Of a stretch of 64,000 nt of DNA, positions 52,551-62,445 are shown in pieces. Under the pieces are notes generated by a model, which was not told where the DNA came from, did no database searches, and saw only the letters and a list, made by a program, of their open reading frames with translations. A program made the position numbers and the translations under genes. Each line of letters starts with the position of its first letter. Within the stretch, counting starts at the first letter, position 1. Source of the DNA: an uncultured Chloroflexia bacterium (lineage in GTDB: Bacteria; Chloroflexota; Anaerolineae; CG2-30-64-16); contig CAWEMM010000006.1 in assembly GCA_963810095.1 (NCBI GenBank), positions 480,001 through 544,000 on the forward strand. The letters are read 5' to 3'.

Positions 52551-53698
52551 CTAGCGTTCCTGCGTTCCGGTTGGTGTGCCCATCACCCGCTCATAGACCG
52601 CCACGGTTTCCCGGGCCGCTCGTTCCCAGGAGAAACAGGCGGCTTGCGCTAATCCGCGGCGCCGCAGCTCGGCGGCCAGATCAGGCTCAGTCAGCAGCCG
52701 GCGCAACGCGGCCGTGATGGCGTCCGTGTTTGCCGGGTCGACCAGGAGCGCCGCGTCGCCCGCGATCTCGGGAAGCGACGACGTGTTGGAACAGACGACG
52801 GGCGCGCCGCACGCCATCCCTTCGAGGGCGGGCAGGCCGAAGCCCTCGAATTCGCTGGGGAACGCCACGGCGGCCGCGCCCGCATACACGGCGGGGAGAT
52901 CCTCGTCCGACACCCAGCCCGGAAACACCACCGCCTGCCTGGCGGGCGAGCGATCGAGCTGGCTGAAGAAGTCGTCGTACAGCCAACCCTTCTTGCCGAC
53001 AATCACGAAGGCATCCACTAGCCCTTCAACGTGGAGACGCTCGAACGCGGTCAACACCCGGCCCAGGTTCTTGCGCGGCTCGATCGTGCCGACGCTCAAG
53101 ATGTAGCGCTGAGGCAGGCCATAACGAGCGCGTGCGGCTGTCGACGACCTCCCGCGGTTGCGGCGCGAACTCGGCGACCGGCTGCTTCGTAGATCACGGT
53201 GATCTTGGCGGCCGGCACACCGTAGGCGTCCATCACGTCGCGCTTAGTTTGCTCTGAGACGGCGACGATGTGGGTGGCGCGGCGACAGTAGAGCGGCATG
53301 GTCAGGTTCAGATACCAGCGGTTGAGCGGCTTGTGGTGCACAGGATACCGGCGGAAGATCAGGTCGTGGACGGTCAAAACGGTGGGCGTGCGCCGCAGGT
53401 GCATGAGCAGGTGTTCGGTTGCATGGTACAGCTCGGCGCCGGGCAGCAGGCGGTTGAAGGGTGCATGGACGAGTTGGCCCAGCCAGACGGCCATCCGCCA
53501 GGGCTTGTAACCGAGCGAAATCGTGCGGGTCGGGAAGCGATCCAGTCCGGCGACGGGATGAACGCCCTCTTCGGCGTTGTAGAAGAAACCGAGCCGGTCG
53601 CCAAGCAGGGGCACAAGCGCACGCGCCAGGCTTTCCGAATAGCGACCCAAGCCGGCACGGCGATGAACTGCCGCGGAGAGATCAAAGTAAATGGTCAT
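52551..53698 (-). CDS. GT4 glycosyltransferase (two frameshifts near 53140 and 53180)
   Basis: AGLGRY, TVHDLIF, VGTIEPRKN, SEFEGFGLPALEGMACG. Confidence 0.85.
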
Positions 53699-53821
53699 GA
53701 GCGGAAACCATGCTAACACGGGGCCGCGAGCGGGTCAAAGAACAGCCGGTCCATCACCCGTGTTTGTGCTCGCACCGTCGATGTGCTACGCTCTGCCCGC
53801 ACGCTCAAACGGGAGGCATTC

Positions 53822-54811
53822 ATGCGCGTACTCTTTATCGGCGGCACCGGCGTCATCAGTTCGGCCTGCTCGGCCCTCGCAGCCGAGCGCGGCATCGACC
53901 TGTACCTGCTGAACCGTGGGACATCTCAGCGGCCCATCCCACACGGGGCGCACGTCCTGCCGGCCGATATCGGCGACCGGGCCGCGACTGAAACGGCCCT
54001 GGCTCGCCTCTCGTTCGACGCGGTGGTGAACTGGATCGCCTACACGCCCGACCAGGTGCAGCGGGACCTGGACCTGTTCCGCGGGCGGACGGGCCAATAC
54101 ATCTTCATCAGCTCGGCCACCGTTTATCGCAAGCCGCCCACCCGCCTGCCGATCACCGAGTCGATGCCACTTGGCAACCCCTTCTGGGAGTATGCGCGCA
54201 ACAAGCTGGCGTGCGAGGAGTTGCTGACGACCGCTTATCGTCATGAAGACTTCCCCGCCGTCATCGTGCGCCCCTCACACACTTACGACCGGACCAAGCT
54301 GCCCTGTTCGGGTGGGTACACCTCGGTTGCGCGGATGCGGGCGGGCAAGCCGGTCGTCGTCCACGGCGACGGCACCTCGACGTGGGTCCTGACCCACCAT
54401 GCCGACTTCGCGAAGGGTTTCGTCGGGCTGCTCGGCAATGCCTGCACGCTGGGCGAGGCATTTCACATCACAAGCGATGAAGTGCTGTCGTGGAACCAAA
54501 TTTACGGCATGATCGCCCGGGCGGCGGGCGCGGAGCCGAAAATCGTCCACGCGCCGGCGGACCTGATCGTACGCCATCATCAGGACTGGGGCGACGGACT
54601 GCTGGGCGACAAGTCGCACAGCGTGCTGTTCGATAACAGCAAGATCAAGGCGTTCGTCCCCGACTTCGCCTGCACCATCCCCTTCTCGGTCGGCGTGCAG
54701 GAAGTCATGACCTGGTTCGACGCAGACCCGGCCCGGCAGGTCATCGATCCGGGATTCGACCGGGCGATGGATGAGGTCGTGGAGGCAATGGGACGGGCGA
54801 TGGGCGCATGA
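53822..54811 (+). CDS. NAD-dependent epimerase/dehydratase (atypical SDR)
   Basis: VLFIGGTGVISS, FISSATVY, YARNK, VRPSHTY; SD GGGAGG. Confidence 0.88.
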   Translation: MRVLFIGGTGVISSACSALAAERGIDLYLLNRGTSQRPIPHGAHVLPADIGDRAATETALARLSFDAVVNWIAYTPDQVQRDLDLFRGRTGQYIFISSATVYRKPPTRLPITESMPLGNPFWEYARNKLACEELLTTAYRHEDFPAVIVRPSHTYDRTKLPCSGGYTSVARMRAGKPVVVHGDGTSTWVLTHHADFAKGFVGLLGNACTLGEAFHITSDEVLSWNQIYGMIARAAGAEPKIVHAPADLIVRHHQDWGDGLLGDKSHSVLFDNSKIKAFVPDFACTIPFSVGVQEVMTWFDADPARQVIDPGFDRAMDEVVEAMGRAMGA

Positions 54812-55705
54812 GAGTTTGAGTAACCGGGTTGCTGCACCCTCCCTCGGCCGAGGCGAAACCCAGTTACTTAGGGCGAGGAGAACACCCGTGGCCGCACCCG
54901 CCGCGTCTAACGGTCGCAGAAACCCGGTTCTTAGGGCGACGAGACCACCCATGAACGCACCCGCCACCGGGCCGTAATGCTTGCGGTAAAAGTACGCCAG
55001 GCTGCGATAATAGGCGGCGCGCGCCTGTGGGTTCTGATTCAAGCTGGCGCCGCCGATGTGCAGCACCTCGGCGCGCGGGTTGTACCACACCTGCCAGCCG
55101 GCCAACCGCATCCGCCGGCACCAGTCATCATCCTCGAAATACATGAACATGGCTTCGTCCAGCCCACCGACCTGTTCGACCACCTCGCACCGGACCACCA
55201 GGCATGCGCCCGAAACCCAGTCGAACTGCTGTGGCTCCGCCACATCCCAGTCATGCAGATACCCTTTACGCGCGTGCGCCAGGGCCCGCCTCATCAGATA
55301 CCACGGGGAAGGGTCGCCGCCAAAGGCATAGGGCTGGGCCGTGCCGTCGGGCCGGACGAGGCGCGGGCTCGCCGCGGCGGCCCGTGGGTGCGCGTCCATG
55401 AAGCGGACCATCTCGGTCAGCGAGCCCGGGCGGGGCTCCGTGTCCGGGTTGAGCAGCACGGCAAAGCGGCCCACCGCCCGCGCGAGGCCCTGGTTATTGG
55501 CCCGTGCGAAGCCAACATTTTCCCGGTTCTGCAACAGCTGCAAGCCGGGCTGCCCTGCCAACCAGCCCGCCGTCCCATCGGTCGAGGCATTGTCCACGAC
55601 GATGATCTCGGTCGCGAGACCTTCGGTCGCGGCGGGCAGTGCGGCCAGGCACGCGCTTAGCAGCGAGCGGACATTCCAGGAAACGAGGATGACGGAGAGA
55701 TCCAC
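54275..55705 (-). CDS. GT2 glycosyltransferase (WbbL-like); homologous part probably ends near 54935
   Basis: LSVILVSWN, VVDNASTDG, NVGFARANN, LNPD, VSGACL, FMYFEDDDW; the long 3' tail overlaps the convergent SDR gene and is doubtful. Confidence 0.8.
   Translation of the reverse strand: MDLSVILVSWNVRSLLSACLAALPAATEGLATEIIVVDNASTDGTAGWLAGQPGLQLLQNRENVGFARANNQGLARAVGRFAVLLNPDTEPRPGSLTEMVRFMDAHPRAAAASPRLVRPDGTAQPYAFGGDPSPWYLMRRALAHARKGYLHDWDVAEPQQFDWVSGACLVVRCEVVEQVGGLDEAMFMYFEDDDWCRRMRLAGWQVWYNPRAEVLHIGGASLNQNPQARAAYYRSLAYFYRKHYGPVAGAFMGGLVALRTGFLRPLDAAGAATGVLLALSNWVSPRPREGAATRLLKLSCAHRPSHCLHDLIHRPVESRIDDLPGRVCVEPGHDFLHADREGDGAGEVGDERLDLAVIEQHAVRLVAQQSVAPVLMMAYDQVRRRVDDFRLRARRPGDHAVNLVPRQHFIACDVKCLAQRAGIAEQPDETLREVGMVGQDPRRGAVAVDDDRLARPHPRNRGVPTRTGQLGPVVSV
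54819..54932. repeat. Three AACCGGGTT/AAACCCGGTTTC-type REP-like motifs
   Basis: TAACCGGGTT, GAAACCCAGTTACTTAGGGCGA, AGAAACCCGGTTCTTAGGGCGA. Confidence 0.5.
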
Positions 55706-55707
55706 GC

Positions 55708-56996
55708 TCAGGCGCGCTCCAGCACCGCATCAAAGACCTGCGCGAGCATCCCGGTCAGCGCGCGCCGCTCGAACCGCGGCCGAGCCTCGGCAAACCCGTC
55801 CCACTCGTGGCCCGAAGCCTGCCGGCGCATCAACTCGCCGATGGCGGCGGCGATCGCGGCCGCATCCGCCGGAGGAACGGTCAGGCCGATCTCGAAACGG
55901 TCCACGATCTGGGCGGCTGCGTTGTCCTGCGCCAGTGCGAGGATCGGCCGGCCCGCGCCGATGTAGTCGTACAGCTTCGACGTGGCCACGCTGCGCACCC
56001 CCGGCGCAGTCACCAACAGCAGCGCGTCCGCGTCGACCTGGTGCTGGTACGCCTCGCGACGGGGGACGGGCGTCACGAACGAAACGAGGTCTGCCACTCC
56101 GTAACGCCGTGCTGCGGCCTGCTCGGCCTCCGTTGTCGGGCCGACAATTTCGAGCCGCAGGCGCGTCTCGGGGTCGTCCCGGTAAATCGCGGCCACCGCC
56201 GCGAAGAGCGCGTCGGCCGACCGTCCCTGGCTGCTGCCTGAGAACGCGCCGGTGTAGGTCAGGCGGAAGAAACGGTCTTCGCCCCGCCGGCGGGTCAGCG
56301 GCGCAAAGTCGGCCGCGTCGTAGCCGTTGCTGATCGTCACGACCCGGCCCGGCATGCCGGCATACCGCGTCGCCAAGTCCTCAGTGATCGGGTCAGTGAC
56401 CGTCGTAACCGCGGCCGCCGAGCGCGCCATAGTGCGCTCCATGCGCCCTTCAATCCACCGGCGGAGCCACCCTTGACGGAGCCTCGGAACGGGCGGCTCG
56501 AACAGCCACCCGTCGCGGAGGTCGGCCACCCAAGGCGTGCGGGTGGCGCGCGCGAGCGAGCCCGCGATCAGGTGCGCCGTTTCGGGGGGCGAGCTGCTGA
56601 AGATGATGGCGGGCCGGCGCTCTGCGATGAGCCGCTTGCCGAGTGAGACCGCGGGGATACGCCAACCGATCTTCGTGTCGGGGATCATCAGCTCGTCGCG
56701 CAGACGCCCCAGGGTGCTGCCCGATGCGACGGTTGCGATTCGCACCTGGTCCTCGGCCGGCGCGCCCCCGCCTTGCCGCGGCGAAGTGGGCTGAAGAGCC
56801 GGTGCACCAGGTCATCCGCACGGTGCACGTCTCGCAGCCCGTCGTCCGACCGCCCACCATACCGCCCGGTTGTCAGGATAATGGGCTTGTACCCGAACTC
56901 GGGCAGGTACTGGCTGAACTTCAGCACCCGCTCGGTGCCGGCCGAGTGGATTGGGGGATAGTCGTGAACGACGATCAGAACGCTGCGCTCAGTCAT
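55708..56996 (-). CDS. GT4 glycosyltransferase (frameshift near 56765)
   Basis: HDYPP..SAGTER, SSSPPETAH, ADLRDGW, ISNGYD, SKLYDYIGAGRPI. Confidence 0.85.
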
Positions 56997-57901
56997 GCAC
57001 GCGGAGCCCCCTTGGCCGGTGTCACGCCCATCGCATCCAGCATTTGCCGGATTGCCCGGTCGCGGCCGTATACCTCACGCAGGTGTTGTGCCCCGGCCAC
57101 GTTGATGGGGCAGCCTTCGTCCAGGATGGCCGTGAGCGCGGCGGCCGCTTCGTCCTCGTTGGTCGCATGGTGGCAGCCCTGAAACGCATACCGGAAAACC
57201 ACCTGGTTACCGTAGGCCAGCGCCTCACGGACCATCTTGGGCAGCCCATCGTGCCGGGTGATGCGCACGAGGATCGGATAGCGGTCGTAGAGCGGCCGCA
57301 TGTCCTGGGTCCAGCCGAGATAAGTCATATTGGGAATCGCGGGCTGGTTCTCCGAAGTCCCGGCGACGACGGCGAACGGCATGTCGGGGAAGCGGCGCGC
57401 CAGGGCCCAGACGACGGGGGCGCCGTAGAAGTCGGCCCGCTCGTCGGGCAGGTAGGCGAGCACGCCCGGTCGCCCCGGCTCGGTCCGGAGATCAAACCCG
57501 ATGGCCGAAGGCAGGGGGATCATCTGGGCCGCGATGCCGATCGTCTTCAGTTCCTCGACGAGCCAGGGTGCGTCGGCCAGATTCGTCTGGATGAACCGGG
57601 TTGCCTGCATGGCTTTGCGCCGCATGGCCGGATTCGTGACTGCGGTGAGCACATCGGTGCCCACCCAGTAGTTGACCGTGCGCTTGCCCATCGCCCGGGC
57701 CGCCGCCCACATCTTGTCGGCAAAGCCGAATCCCGTGCCGACCACCACCTGCGCCTGGGCCATCTTGCGGATTTTGGACGCGCCGGGCTCGTCCCGGTGA
57801 ATGCGAATCGCCCGGCTGCCCGCGGCCTCGACGTGCCGCGCGACGATCTCGCTGTTCTCCGCAGCCGTCTCAAACGTCCCGAACACCGCCACAGTCGTCA
57901 C
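56993..57901 (-). CDS. Putative GT-B glycosyltransferase
   Basis: YWVGTDV, RITRHDGLPKMVREALAYG; GGAGGA SD before GTG 57901; appears as the C-terminal part of the fused 56993..59377 ORF. Confidence 0.65.
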   Translation of the reverse strand: MTTVAVFGTFETAAENSEIVARHVEAAGSRAIRIHRDEPGASKIRKMAQAQVVVGTGFGFADKMWAAARAMGKRTVNYWVGTDVLTAVTNPAMRRKAMQATRFIQTNLADAPWLVEELKTIGIAAQMIPLPSAIGFDLRTEPGRPGVLAYLPDERADFYGAPVVWALARRFPDMPFAVVAGTSENQPAIPNMTYLGWTQDMRPLYDRYPILVRITRHDGLPKMVREALAYGNQVVFRYAFQGCHHATNEDEAAAALTAILDEGCPINVAGAQHLREVYGRDRAIRQMLDAMGVTPAKGAPRA

Positions 57902-59401
57902 TGGTTCCTCCCCCTGGCGAAACGCGAGCGCAGCACGGCCAGCCGGCCGCGGGCCGCTGCGATGCCGAGCGCAAGCTCCTGCCGGCTGACTGCGGTCACC
58001 AGCCACACGACGGTGAGGACTGCGCCGGCCGCGTAGGGCAGGATGCCTGCAGAGGGCAACAGCGCCAGGATCAGCAGCAGCGCCACCGACCTGAGGAGCA
58101 GCCACAGGTTCCGAGCGGCGAGATGGAAGCTTGCGTACCGGGCAATATACCACCAGCTCAGCATAACCTGCACGAGCTGGCTCACCGCATAAGCGACCAC
58201 GGCCCCGGGCAGCCCCATCGTGCCGAGCAGTGCCCAACTCAGCGGAATGACGACGATCGTGGAGCTGACGTTGATCCAGAGCCAGGGCCAGACGCGGCCT
58301 AAGGGCAGAATGACCAGGCCGAACGCCCACGCCAGCGCCAGGAAAAAGTCGCCGATGGCCTGGATGGGGAAGAGCCCTTCGGCGGGCAGGAACTGGGGAC
58401 TGTAGAAGACGATCAGCCCGACCTTGCGCAGCAGCACCACCCCGGCCAGGATAGGGATCATCACCAGGGCCACCAGGCGGACGTTGTTGTTGATTTCCTC
58501 GTTGAGCTGCGGCTCGCGCGTCGGGTCGGAAGCGGGCCGGCTGGCCACGGCCGAGAGTTGGGCGAAGGAGTAGGCGGCCATCGCGCCTGTGACCAGGGTC
58601 ACGTATTGCACCGACAAGCCGTACACGGCCTGGTAGAGGCCGTTGGGCTCGACGCCCAGGCGCTGGACGACAAAGGTGCGCACCAGGAGCACGGCGGCCA
58701 TATTGGTCGCGGCTGACGATCAGGCTCGCGCCGCCGTAGCGCACCAGGGTGCGGAGCATGGCCCACGTAAACGCGGCCCACCTCAACAGGTGGGAGTTGC
58801 CGCGGCGCAGCCAGAACCACCAGTACAACGCCGCGTTGATGGCCCAGGTGAGCGCAATGTTGATGACCGCGCCTTCGACCCCAAGCAGCCACACCAAGGG
58901 GATCACGGTCGCGAAGCTCAGCGCCGCGCTGAAGACGTTCGCAAGCGCCAGCGCCCGGACCTCTTTGTGACCCTGCAGGAAGGCCCGGCCGAGATTGTAC
59001 AGCACGGCAAACGGAACGCTGGCGAGGCTGATGCCGACCAGGAGGACAAGCGAGGTGTCCTGAACCGCCCACTGCGCAAGCGGACGCACGAACGCGAGCG
59101 CCAGCACCGTGCCCACTAATGACGTGATGAGGACCGCGACCGTGCTGGTGGTTGCGACCTGGGCCGCCGAAGAATCGTCACGATGCTCCTGGGCGGCGGC
59201 GAGATACTTCGCGACGCCCTGGCCCAAGCCGAGGAACAGGATGGGGGTAAGGGTATTAATGAGGGCGTTGGCCTGCGCGGTGATGCCGAGGCCATAGGGA
59301 CCCAGAAGCACGGCGACGAGCTTGGTGCGAACCAGGTTGATGACCATGGTTGCAACCGTGGCCGCACCCATCGTCACGGTGGCCTTCAGCAGCGCGCGAA
59401 T
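57898..59401 (-). CDS. Wzx-type oligosaccharide flippase (frameshift near 58705; start uncertain)
   Basis: RTKLVAVLLGPYGLG, GLYQAVY, LIVFYSPQFLPA; about 12 TMs. Confidence 0.8.
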
Positions 59402-59404
59402 GGC

Positions 59405-60463
59405 TCAGCCCTCCGTTTCGGCCCCGCTCAGGACGGCCACGATCTTCTCGCTCGCCCGGCCGTCGCCAAAGACGGGAGGCGGCGCTTCGGCCGGCCACGG
59501 TTGGTTGACCGTCGCAAGCAAGGTTTTCGCGTCACCCCAGGCCAGCCGGTTCCAGCCCGCGGCTACGGTTTCCACCCACTCGGTCTCGGGCCGGAGCGTA
59601 ATGCAGGGCACGGCGAAGAAGTAGGCTTCCTTCTGCACGCCGCCCGAATCGGTCAGGATCAGGCCGGCGTTCTGCTCGAGGGCCAGCATGTCCAGGTAGC
59701 CGACGGGGTCGACGACGTGAAGGCCGCTCACGTCACGGCCCGCCAGCCGCGCCCGCGTGCGGGGGTGGACGGGAAACACCACCTGCAGATCCAGCTGCTG
59801 CAAGGCGTCGAGAACGACGCCGAGGCGGTCGGGATCGTCGACGTTATACGGGCGATGGAGCGTGGCGAGCGCGTAACCCTTGGGCTGCACGCCCAGCCGG
59901 GCCAGGATGGTCGAGCGTTCGCGTGCCACGGCCGAAAACTGCAGCGCCGCGTCGTACATAACATCGCCAACCACGTGCACCCCTCGCAGCACGCCTTCCT
60001 TGCGGAGCTCGTCCGCGGCATTGTTCGTGGGGCAGAAGAGCACGTCGGAGCAGTGGTCGGCCAGCACGCGGTTGTGCTCCTCCGGCATGGTCCGATTGAA
60101 GCTCCGCAGGCCCGCCTCGACATGCGCGACGGGCATGCCCAGCTTGGCCGCAGCCAGCGCGCCCGCCAGGGTCGAGTTCGTGTCGCCGTAGACCAGCGTC
60201 CAGTCGGGCCGCTCGCGCAGCAACACCTCTTCCAGCCGGATCAGCATCTGTCCCGTCTGCCAGCCGTGCCCGCCCGAGCCGACGCCCAGCTCGTAGTCGG
60301 GCCGCGGGATGTTGAGCTCCTCGAAGAAGAGCTCCGACATCTCGCGGTCGTAGTGCTGCCCGGTGTGGACCAACACCTCGGTGTGCGACCGGCGCAGGAC
60401 GCGGCCTACGGCCGCAGCCTTGACGAACTGCGGCCGGGCGCCGACGACGGTAAGAACTTTCAT
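59405..60463 (-). CDS. wecB: Non-hydrolysing UDP-N-acetylhexosamine 2-epimerase (WecB/WbpI-like)
   Basis: VGARPQFVK, HTGQHYD, VYGDTNST, HVEAGLRS, TDSGGVQKEA. Confidence 0.9.
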   Translation of the reverse strand: MKVLTVVGARPQFVKAAAVGRVLRRSHTEVLVHTGQHYDREMSELFFEELNIPRPDYELGVGSGGHGWQTGQMLIRLEEVLLRERPDWTLVYGDTNSTLAGALAAAKLGMPVAHVEAGLRSFNRTMPEEHNRVLADHCSDVLFCPTNNAADELRKEGVLRGVHVVGDVMYDAALQFSAVARERSTILARLGVQPKGYALATLHRPYNVDDPDRLGVVLDALQQLDLQVVFPVHPRTRARLAGRDVSGLHVVDPVGYLDMLALEQNAGLILTDSGGVQKEAYFFAVPCITLRPETEWVETVAAGWNRLAWGDAKTLLATVNQPWPAEAPPPVFGDGRASEKIVAVLSGAETEG

Positions 60464-60480
60464 CCCGCGTTAATTCAGAG

Positions 60481-61629
60481 TCAATCGTAGGCAGCCGCGA
60501 CCGCCGCGACCACTGCCCGCTGCATCTCCTCGGTCAGCTCGGGATAGATCGGCAGCGCGACGGTTTCTTTGGCAGCCAACTCCGCGTGCGGCAGGTCACC
60601 CGGCTGGTATCCCAGCCCGGCGAAGCACTCCTGCAGGTGCAGCGGGACGGGGTAGTAAATCTCGCACCCGATCTTGCGCTCCTTCAGCTTGGCCATCACC
60701 GCGTCGCGGCGGCCGGTGCGAATCACGAACTGGTTGTAGATGTGCCTGCGCCCGGGCTCCTCGGTCGGCATGACGGCGCCCTGCTTGCCTTGGGCTGCCG
60801 GCCCGTCCACCACCAGGTTGGCCTCCGCGAACAGCGCGCGGTAGCGGTCGGCGTTGGCCCGCCGGCCTTCCGTCCACCCGTCGAGGTATTTCAGCTTGAT
60901 CCGCAAGATTGCGGCCTGCAGCGCGTCCAGCCGGAAATTGCCGCCGACCATCTTGTGATAGTACTTCGGCTCGGCGCCGTGGTTCCGCAGCAGCTTCGCC
61001 TTGTGGGCCAGGCCGGGGTCGTTCGCCGTCACCATGCCGCCGTCGCCAAAGCCGCCCAGATTCTTGGAGGGGAAGAAGCTGAAGCAGCCGAAGTCGCCGA
61101 TCGAACCGGCCCGACGGCCCTTGTACTCAGAGCCGATGGCCTGGGCCGCGTCCTCGACCACGACCAGGTTGTGCCGCCGTGCGACGTCCATGATGGGATC
61201 CATGTCGGCCATCTGCCCGTACAAGTGCACGGGGATGATGGCCCGCGTCTTAGGTGTGATGGCCGCCTCGATGCGCGCCGCGTCGATGTTGTAGCTGAAC
61301 GGGTCGATATCGACGAAGACCGGAACCGCGCCCAGCCGCTCGATGCAGCCGGCGGTGGCAAAAAAGCTATACGGCGTCGTGATGACCTCGTCGCCCGGCC
61401 GGATGCCCATCGTCATCAGCGACACGATCAGGGCGTCGGTGCCCGACGTCACGCCGATGCCGAACTGGGCCTGCGAATACTGTGCGACTTCCTTCTCCAG
61501 CGCCTCGACTTCGGGGCCGCCGATGAAGTACTGCGCGTCGCATACCCGGTCCATCGCCGCCCGCACTTCTTCGCGAATCGGCGCATACTGCGCCTTCAGG
61601 TCCAACAGAGGGATAGGTTGATCGTACAC
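60481..61629 (-). CDS. DegT/DnrJ/EryC1/StrS aminotransferase (WbpE/WlbC-like)
   Basis: [45 protein letters not shown]. Confidence 0.92.
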   Translation of the reverse strand: MYDQPIPLLDLKAQYAPIREEVRAAMDRVCDAQYFIGGPEVEALEKEVAQYSQAQFGIGVTSGTDALIVSLMTMGIRPGDEVITTPYSFFATAGCIERLGAVPVFVDIDPFSYNIDAARIEAAITPKTRAIIPVHLYGQMADMDPIMDVARRHNLVVVEDAAQAIGSEYKGRRAGSIGDFGCFSFFPSKNLGGFGDGGMVTANDPGLAHKAKLLRNHGAEPKYYHKMVGGNFRLDALQAAILRIKLKYLDGWTEGRRANADRYRALFAEANLVVDGPAAQGKQGAVMPTEEPGRRHIYNQFVIRTGRRDAVMAKLKERKIGCEIYYPVPLHLQECFAGLGYQPGDLPHAELAAKETVALPIYPELTEEMQRAVVAAVAAAYD

Positions 61630-61658
61630 AAAGGGTTCCTTTCAACGGGAGCGGAATA

Positions 61659-61744
61659 GCACACTGATCGATTTGATTGGACAGATCTACCCGATCGCGA
61701 TTAAAAGATCATGTAAATCCGACAGATCAGTTCAATCTGCGTCC
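61659..61744. repeat. REP-like palindrome, ACTGAT/ATCAGT family
   Basis: GCACACTGATCGATTTGATTGGACAGAT ... ATCAGTTCAATCTGCGTCC; same termini as the 30880-31075 elements. Confidence 0.75.
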
Positions 61745-62355
61745 TATTCTATCGCTTTGTCTTCCGGCCAATCCAGGCAGCGGAGAACGCCCGGCTCGAC
61801 CTCCTGGTAGCGCCAGCCGCTCTCAGGGCAGACCATGATGCCGTCGGGGCCTGGCTTGGGCAAGCGGTGGCCGTGGCGGCTCATCCAGCCGGCCCGGCGG
61901 GCGGGCACGCCGATCATCAGCGCGTAGTCGGGGACGTCGCCGCGGACGACCGCGCCGGCCGCGATGAAGGCGTACCGGCCCAGCGTCGCGCCGCAAACGA
62001 TCGTCGCGTTGGCGCCGATGGTAGCGCCCCGGCGTACGGTCGTGGGCAAGTACTGGCTGTGCCGGACAATCTGCGAACGGGGGTTAATGACGTTCGTGAA
62101 CACGCACGACGGACCGCAGAAAACGTCGTCCTCGAGCTCGACGCCGGCGTAGAGCGAGACGTTGTTCTGGATCTTGCAGTTGTTCCCGATCACGACGTCG
62201 GAAGCAACAAAGACGTTCTGCCCCAGGTTACAACCGCGTCCGAGCTTGGCGTTCTTCATGACGTGGCAGAAATGCCAGATCTTCGTGCCCTCTCCGATCT
62301 CACACGGCTCGTCGACATAGGCACTAGGATGCACGTAATAGGGTTTGTCGGACAT
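61744..62355 (-). CDS. Hexapeptide-repeat N-acetyltransferase (WbpD/WlbB-like)
   Basis: TKIWHFCH, CNLGQNVFV, KIQNNVSLY, FCGPSCVFTNVINPRS, IGANATIVCG. Confidence 0.9.
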   Translation of the reverse strand: MSDKPYYVHPSAYVDEPCEIGEGTKIWHFCHVMKNAKLGRGCNLGQNVFVASDVVIGNNCKIQNNVSLYAGVELEDDVFCGPSCVFTNVINPRSQIVRHSQYLPTTVRRGATIGANATIVCGATLGRYAFIAAGAVVRGDVPDYALMIGVPARRAGWMSRHGHRLPKPGPDGIMVCPESGWRYQEVEPGVLRCLDWPEDKAIE

Positions 62356-62367
62356 ATCTCACCTTTC

Positions 62368-62445
62368 CGCGACGAATGACACGAAGTGTACGATTGCACC
62401 GAGTTGGGCGCCACGTCAATTCGCGTAATTCGTCTAATTCGTGGC
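62368..62445. repeat. REP-like palindrome, CACGAAT family (9-nt periodic)
   Basis: GACGAATGACACGAAGTGTACGA ... ATTCGCGTAATTCGTCTAATTCGTGG; supplies the stop codon of the upstream gene. Confidence 0.7.

Noticed and set aside
56993-59377. 794-aa apparent flippase-glycosyltransferase fusion
   Set aside because: Artefact of the ~58705 frameshift; the GT has its own SD and GTG at 57901 and the flippase ends at 57898
1759-59401. About 17 frameshifts in 13 genes, suggesting pseudogenes or programmed frameshifting
   Set aside because: Most are single-base duplications or losses in GC runs (e.g. GCGCG read as GCCGCG, CTGA as CTTGA, one GC dinucleotide missing at ~25495 relative to the sister repeat). 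There are no in-frame stops or decay, which is typical of long-read errors. Read polishing would settle it; the lack of shifts in 35.8-47.5 kb is probably chance.
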